Positions 59,257-64,000 of a stretch of DNA of 64,000 nt are shown here, in pieces. Made by a program: the position numbers and the translations under genes. Numbering within the stretch: position 1 is the first letter of the stretch; each line of letters begins with the position of its first letter. The notes below the pieces were generated by a model. That model was not told the DNA's origin. It saw only the letters and a list, made by a program, of their open reading frames with translations, and did not search any database. This DNA is from Elusimicrobiota bacterium. Its GTDB lineage: Bacteria; Elusimicrobiota; Elusimicrobia; Elusimicrobiales; UBA9959. The stretch covers positions 13,011 to 77,010 of the forward strand of contig JAGVVD010000052.1 of the NCBI GenBank assembly GCA_019135865.1, written 5' to 3'.

Positions 59257-61401
59257 GTGTCGATCCTGTGGAAGTTGTTTTACGCGACGCTTATGGGGGG
59301 GATGATCTTTCCGGGCCGGGCGTATGCCCGATGGCAGTACGAGTACACTTTAACCGACCTTTCAGATAAAACGACGGCGGAACTCAGGCTCCTTAGGAAC
59401 GAGGTCTATGCCCGGGCCGGTTATATTTTCAAGGATCCCGAATTAAACGAATACTTCACCAGGCAGCCATGGTATGTGCCGGGCGGATTCCATCCCATAA
59501 AATGGCACTATGTCGAGCAGGAATACCTCAAAAAAATAATAGAAGCGGAAAACGCTTACGCCGCGGGCTATCGATACTGGAGTTTGCAGATCCCGACCCG
59601 GGATAATATTTTTGAGTGCGGCGAGGTGCGTCTTTTCCCGGAGAGTATCGAAACCCCGATCATACACGCGCTGAACGAGGGGAACGGACTTGTGTACACT
59701 TTCCGGAGGAACTCGGGTGTCTGGGTCTTTTCTCCATACTTATGGCCATCGTCCAAGGCTAGTCCCCGGAGTTATTCGATCGCGGACAGTCGTCTCGGCC
59801 CGCCGCGGGACGTGTTTTGCTCCCCTTCGACCGGGGGGATCTATTACAACGAGTACAAGTACTGCGGCGGTCCCTCGAAGGTCCCTCCGAAGGTCGATGG
59901 GTACAGCGGCATGTGCGGTCATATTTCCCTGGCCATCGATTCCTATAATCGCTCTCACCTGTCTTTCTATGATGAGGAAAGAAAGGCTCTGGTTTATGGG
60001 TATTTAAAGGGGAAGCCATGGGAGAAGAAAGAATGGGTCTTACGCGACATCGATGCGAAAGGAGATGCCGGGACCTTTAATGTCCTGAAGGTGGATCACT
60101 TGGACAGGGCCCATATCGTTTACTATGACGCGGTCAGGAAACGGGCGAAGTACGCCCTGATCGGCGGGGGGGAGGTGAACGTGGAGGAATTGCCGTCGAT
60201 CGTGAGCAGCGGGTCCTCTCTGTCCATGGCGGTGGATGCGGCGGGATCTCCGCATGTCTCTTATTACGATTCCGATGCGAAACTCTGGTACTCCCGAAAA
60301 ACAGGCGGGAGTTGGCGTACCACGCTGGTAAGCGCGGCCGGCCCCGGGGGGGGAGAGTACAGCGCTTTAACATTGTCCACTTCATCCGCTGCCTCTATCG
60401 TCTATTACGACGCACAGAAGAAGAGTCTTCTGCTCGCGGTCATGAAGAACGGGGTATTTGAAACGCAGACGGTCGATCCTTCGGTCGCGGCGCCCAAGGG
60501 AATAGATCTTGCGGTCGATGGCGGGGGCACGCCGCATATCGCGTATTGCGTCCCTTCGGAGACCGAGATCCGGTATGCCGTGCGCATTTCGTCCAGGAAA
60601 GAGATGGAGTCCGCTCTCTTTAAAAAAAAGGCGGTTCTTGATAGGGGTGCAACCGTGGGCCTTATGGTGCCGTTCGACGACGTTACGCCGCCGAAAACGG
60701 AAATGAGCCTCATCGGTCCCTCGTACACGAGGGAGGGGGACGGAACGGTCTTTGTTTCCGTTGGCACGCTGGTCGACTTTTCCGCCGACGATCGGACCAA
60801 ATGCGGGGATGTTTCCGGGCCCGCCAGAGGGTATTACTCCATCGACCACGATATTGCCCCGTGCCTGGACGGGGAATACCTTTATTTCCAGAAGCACCGG
60901 AAGTTCTTTCCCGGCGGCGAAGATGCCGACCCCGGACCCGGACTTTCCTCGAGGCCCTATTGCGGGGTGATCGGCGGGGTCTTTCCCCTGTCCCTGCCCG
61001 AGGGCGCGCACGATCTTCACTATCTGTCCGCGGATCACTGGGGGAACTTCGAAGAGACGAAGAGCGTCCGTTTCTATGTCGACAAGACGGCGCCCGAGAC
61101 CGAAGTCCTCGTCGAAAATGGCGAGCTGAGGGACGGGAAATGCCGTTTGAAGAAAGGAGGGGTCGTGCGGCTCGAAGCCCGGGACCCGTCCGGCCCCGGG
61201 AAAGGGGCCGGGGTTATGGGTATAGAGTATAGCGTCGATGAGTTCCCTCCGGTCTCTGAAACGGAGCAGGACCTGGTGGGGCTTGACTTATACTCAGCGC
61301 CTCTCTCCTTCACCCCGGGCGAACATACGCTTTATTTCCGGGCCAAGGACAAGGTCGAGAACGCGGAAGCCCTGAAAACCCTGAAAATCATCGCGGAGTG
61401 A
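59257..61401 (+). CDS. Secreted YARHG-domain protein with beta-propeller-like repeats and two C-terminal Ig/OmpL47-like domains
   Basis: LRLLRNEVYARAGYIF...YF...WY. Five (L/M)AVDxxGxPH(I/V)xYYD-type repeats. DVTPPKT and DKTAPET modules. Start GTG 59257 (alternative 59215). Confidence 0.75.
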   Translation: MSILWKLFYATLMGGMIFPGRAYARWQYEYTLTDLSDKTTAELRLLRNEVYARAGYIFKDPELNEYFTRQPWYVPGGFHPIKWHYVEQEYLKKIIEAENAYAAGYRYWSLQIPTRDNIFECGEVRLFPESIETPIIHALNEGNGLVYTFRRNSGVWVFSPYLWPSSKASPRSYSIADSRLGPPRDVFCSPSTGGIYYNEYKYCGGPSKVPPKVDGYSGMCGHISLAIDSYNRSHLSFYDEERKALVYGYLKGKPWEKKEWVLRDIDAKGDAGTFNVLKVDHLDRAHIVYYDAVRKRAKYALIGGGEVNVEELPSIVSSGSSLSMAVDAAGSPHVSYYDSDAKLWYSRKTGGSWRTTLVSAAGPGGGEYSALTLSTSSAASIVYYDAQKKSLLLAVMKNGVFETQTVDPSVAAPKGIDLAVDGGGTPHIAYCVPSETEIRYAVRISSRKEMESALFKKKAVLDRGATVGLMVPFDDVTPPKTEMSLIGPSYTREGDGTVFVSVGTLVDFSADDRTKCGDVSGPARGYYSIDHDIAPCLDGEYLYFQKHRKFFPGGEDADPGPGLSSRPYCGVIGGVFPLSLPEGAHDLHYLSADHWGNFEETKSVRFYVDKTAPETEVLVENGELRDGKCRLKKGGVVRLEARDPSGPGKGAGVMGIEYSVDEFPPVSETEQDLVGLDLYSAPLSFTPGEHTLYFRAKDKVENAEALKTLKIIAE

Positions 61402-61514
61402 CGAAGGCCGCACCGACGCACATCCAGGATGCCCGTCCCCTTGGGCCCTGTCGCTGAACTATCTGGTGTTCCCGCCGCAAGGTGATATAATATAAGAGGG
61501 GTAAGGAGACGCTT

Positions 61515-62348
61515 ATGTGGCAGTACACCGAGAAGGTCTACGAATATTTCAAGAATCCCAAGAACGTCGGCGAGATAGAGAACCCCGACGCGGTCGGCGA
61601 AATAGGCAGCATAGTCTGCGGCGACGCGCTCAAGCTGACGCTGCGCATAGACAAGGCCACCGAAAAGATAATGGACGCCAAGTTCAAGACCTTCGGCTGC
61701 GCCAGCGCCATCGCCTCCTCCTCGGCGCTGACCGAGATGGTCAAAGGCCGGACCCTCGACGAGGCCGCGAAGATCACCAACCAGGACATCGCCGAGTTCC
61801 TCGGCGGCCTGCCCAGCGAGAAGATGCACTGCTCGGTCATGGGCATGGAGGCCCTCGAGGCCGCCATCAAGAATTACCGCGGCGGCAAGGCCGAGAAGGT
61901 CATAATCGGCGAGAACGAGCGCGTCGTCTGCAAATGCTTCAACGTGACCGAGTCGGTCATCCTCAAGGCTATAAAGGTCAACAAGCTCAGGACCGTCGAG
62001 GAAGTCACCAACTTCACCAAGGCCGGCGGCGGCTGCCGGCAGTGCCTGGGCGAGATAGACAAGCTCATCAAGGACTACTGGGACCAGGAGGAGCATCGCG
62101 ACTTCTCCAGGATGACCGTGGTCGAGAAGATAAAGCACATAGAGAAGGTGCTCTCCGAGGACGTCAACCCCAAGCTCAAGCGCGACGGCGGCTGGATAGA
62201 GCTCATCGACCTGGAAGGGCCCAAGGTCAAGCTGCGTTTCCTGGGCATGTGCCACGGCTGCCCCTCCTCCGGCGCCACGCTCAAGAACGTGGTGGAGAAG
62301 GAACTCAAAGAGAAGGTCGACCCTTCCCTTATCATAGAGGCCGAATGA
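61515..62348 (+). CDS. nifU: Three-domain Fe-S scaffold NifU
   Basis: IscU domain (CGD, FGCASAIASSS, KMHCS), central VCKC...GGGCRQC [2Fe-2S] motif, and Nfu domain (GMCHGCPSS). Confidence 0.95.
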   Translation: MWQYTEKVYEYFKNPKNVGEIENPDAVGEIGSIVCGDALKLTLRIDKATEKIMDAKFKTFGCASAIASSSALTEMVKGRTLDEAAKITNQDIAEFLGGLPSEKMHCSVMGMEALEAAIKNYRGGKAEKVIIGENERVVCKCFNVTESVILKAIKVNKLRTVEEVTNFTKAGGGCRQCLGEIDKLIKDYWDQEEHRDFSRMTVVEKIKHIEKVLSEDVNPKLKRDGGWIELIDLEGPKVKLRFLGMCHGCPSSGATLKNVVEKELKEKVDPSLIIEAE

Positions 62349-63550
62349 CGGACAAGGTCCATTATCTCGACAATAACGCCACCACCCGGGTCGCCCCCGA
62401 GGTGGAGGAGGCGATGAAGCCTTTCTTCGGCGAGCTCTACGGCAACCCGTCGAGCATGCATTTCTTCGGCGGCACCAACCAGAAGTACCTCGACCGCGCC
62501 CGCGAGAGCGTGGCGCGCCTGCTGGGCGCCGGGCCGGAGGAGATACTCTTCACCTCCTGCGGCACCGAGAGCGACTCCACGGCCATCTGGTCGGCGCTGC
62601 GCGCCTTCCCCGAGAAGAAGCACCTCGTAACCACGAAGGTCGAGCATCCCGCGGTGCTCAATCTCTGCAAATATCTCGAGACCCAGGGCTACCGGGTCAC
62701 CTATCTCGGCGTGGACGCCGAAGGGCGCCTGAGCCTGGACGAACTGAAGGCCGCGCTCGCCCCGGATACCGCGATAGTCAGCGTCATGTGGGCCAATAAC
62801 GAGACCGGCGTCGTTTTCCCGGTCGAGGACGCGGCCCGCATAGCCCACAGCCGCGGCGCGCTGTTCCACACGGACGCGGTGCAGGCGGTCGGTAAAGTCC
62901 CGATAAACCTGGCCGAATCTAAGATAGACATGCTTTCGCTTTCGGGCCACAAGCTGCACGCGCCCAAGGGCATCGGGGCGCTCTACATAAAGAAGGGCAC
63001 GCGGTTCTCGCCTTTCCTGATGGGCGGCCACCAGGAGCGCGGCCGGCGGGCCGGCACGGAGAACGTCCCTTACATAGTGGCCCTCGGCCGGGCGGCCGAG
63101 CTGGCGCTGGAAAAGATGGGCGAGGAGAACGGCCGCGTGAAGGCCCTGCGCGACCGGCTGGAGCAGGGGCTGCTGAAAGCCGTGAAGAACGCGCGCGTCA
63201 ACGGCGGCGGCGCGGATCGCCTGCCCAACACCTCCCATATCGGCTTTGAATATGTGGAAGGCGAGTCCATCCTCATCATGCTCAGCGAGAAGGGCATCTG
63301 CGCCTCCTCGGGCTCGGCCTGCACCTCCGGCTCGCTGGAGCCTTCGCACGTGATGATGTCGATGGGCGTGCCGCAGACCTACGCTCACGGCACCATCCGT
63401 TTCTCCTTGAGCGTCTACAGCACGGACGAGGACGTGGACGCGGTGCTGCGCGAGGTGCCGCCGGTTATAGAGCGGCTGCGCGAGATCTCGCCCTTCGCCG
63501 ACGGCAAGCCGCTGTTCGGCATGGACGCCTGCGAACCGCACAAGCATTGA
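62345..63550 (+). CDS. nifS: Cysteine desulfurase NifS
   Basis: YLDNNATT, GNPSS, SCGTES, MWANNETG, HTDAVQ, SGHKLHAPKG and SSGSACTSG. ATGA overlap with nifU. Confidence 0.96.
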   Translation: MTDKVHYLDNNATTRVAPEVEEAMKPFFGELYGNPSSMHFFGGTNQKYLDRARESVARLLGAGPEEILFTSCGTESDSTAIWSALRAFPEKKHLVTTKVEHPAVLNLCKYLETQGYRVTYLGVDAEGRLSLDELKAALAPDTAIVSVMWANNETGVVFPVEDAARIAHSRGALFHTDAVQAVGKVPINLAESKIDMLSLSGHKLHAPKGIGALYIKKGTRFSPFLMGGHQERGRRAGTENVPYIVALGRAAELALEKMGEENGRVKALRDRLEQGLLKAVKNARVNGGGADRLPNTSHIGFEYVEGESILIMLSEKGICASSGSACTSGSLEPSHVMMSMGVPQTYAHGTIRFSLSVYSTDEDVDAVLREVPPVIERLREISPFADGKPLFGMDACEPHKH

Positions 63551-63611
63551 GGTTCCCGGGCTGGCCTAAAATTGGTAGAATAGGCTCCCGGTAGTTCTTT
63601 GTACGGATTTT

Positions 63612-63685
63612 GCCCCTGTAGCTCAGTCGGTTAGAGCAATCCGCTCATAACGGATGGGTCGTAGGTTCAAGTCCTACCGGGGGCA
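63612..63685 (+). tRNA. tRNA with CAU anticodon, most likely tRNA-Ile2 (lysidine); CCA not encoded
   Basis: Full cloverleaf: acceptor GCCCCTG/CGGGGGC, D-stem GCTC/GAGC, anticodon arm ATCCG-CTCATAA-CGGAT, T-arm GTAGG-TTCAAGT-CCTAC. Upstream TGgTAGAAT promoter. Confidence 0.95.
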
Positions 63686-63693
63686 GTCATATT

Positions 63694-63726
63694 AAAAGCC
63701 GTCCGCTTGCCGCGGACGGCTTTTTT
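63694..63726 (+). terminator. Terminator after the tRNA (bidirectional)
   Basis: AAAAGCCGTCCGC-ttgcc-GCGGACGGCTTTTTT. Confidence 0.9.
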
Positions 63727-63753
63727 ATCGCCCCCGGAGCGGGCCGCGGTTAC

Positions 63754-64000
63754 TTACTTCTTGATCGCTTTGCCTTTTTCGTAGCGGTATTCGGCGGCGG
63801 CGGGGCCGTGGACCTTGAGGCTTTCCAGTTTGCCGTCCGAGAAGACGAATTCCTTTTCCGGGGAGCCGTCGGGGCCGTAGAAGACGGCGATGCCGTCCGG
63901 CAGGCTGCCGCTCAGCGAGGTGAGGTTGAACGAGGCGTCCAGTATCACCCGGCCCTTGTAGCGGTTCTCGTAATGGAAGGAGTAGCGCTCGCCGCGGGCC
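63754..64000 (-). CDS. 3' end of a hypothetical protein (5' end off the window)
   Basis: The frame stays open to the window edge (...ARGERYSFHYENRYKGRVILDAS...EKGKAIKK*), with GC3-rich codons. Confidence 0.65.
   Translation of the reverse strand, partial: ARGERYSFHYENRYKGRVILDASFNLTSLSGSLPDGIAVFYGPDGSPEKEFVFSDGKLESLKVHGPAAAEYRYEKGKAIKK

Noticed and set aside
63612-64000. tRNA gene as an integration site for an island
   Set aside because: No integrase and no duplicated tRNA 3' end are visible, and the downstream gene has normal codon usage.

Overview
High-GC (roughly 65% by eye) bacterial chromosome segment spanning the probable replication origin (tldE-tldD | AT-rich oriC | dnaA-dnaN-DUF721-gyrB-gyrA). 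The pilin style and gene content suggest Elusimicrobiota, which is inference only. Most of the window is housekeeping: glyA, dapB, folD, rlmN, nadA, argS, rsfS, nadD-yqeK, ettA, a Yej/Opp-type peptide ABC transporter, NifU/NifS and tRNA-Ile2(CAU). The standout is a three-gene operon at 48757-52779. Gene 1 is a DUF2207-like single-pass membrane protein whose cytoplasmic C-terminus ends in (Ala-Cys-His-x)8-ACVSGGGH. Gene 2 is an RRE/PqqD-like radical SAM/SPASM enzyme. Gene 3 is an unknown membrane protein. Together they form a candidate post-translational modification or RiPP-like system whose substrate is fused to a membrane protein. Other observations: at least 11 apparently leaderless genes (-10 box 6-7 nt before the start codon), an RsmI-YwlE-type phosphatase fusion, a small two-repeat lysine-rich protein, a TGTTAA-N5-TGTTAA operator upstream of an SH3 gene, an orphan ablB, a DnaA box covering the dnaA start codon, and a compositionally atypical YARHG/propeller gene. 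No CRISPR array, transposase or integrase was seen. All family assignments come from motif recognition by eye; no database searches were run.
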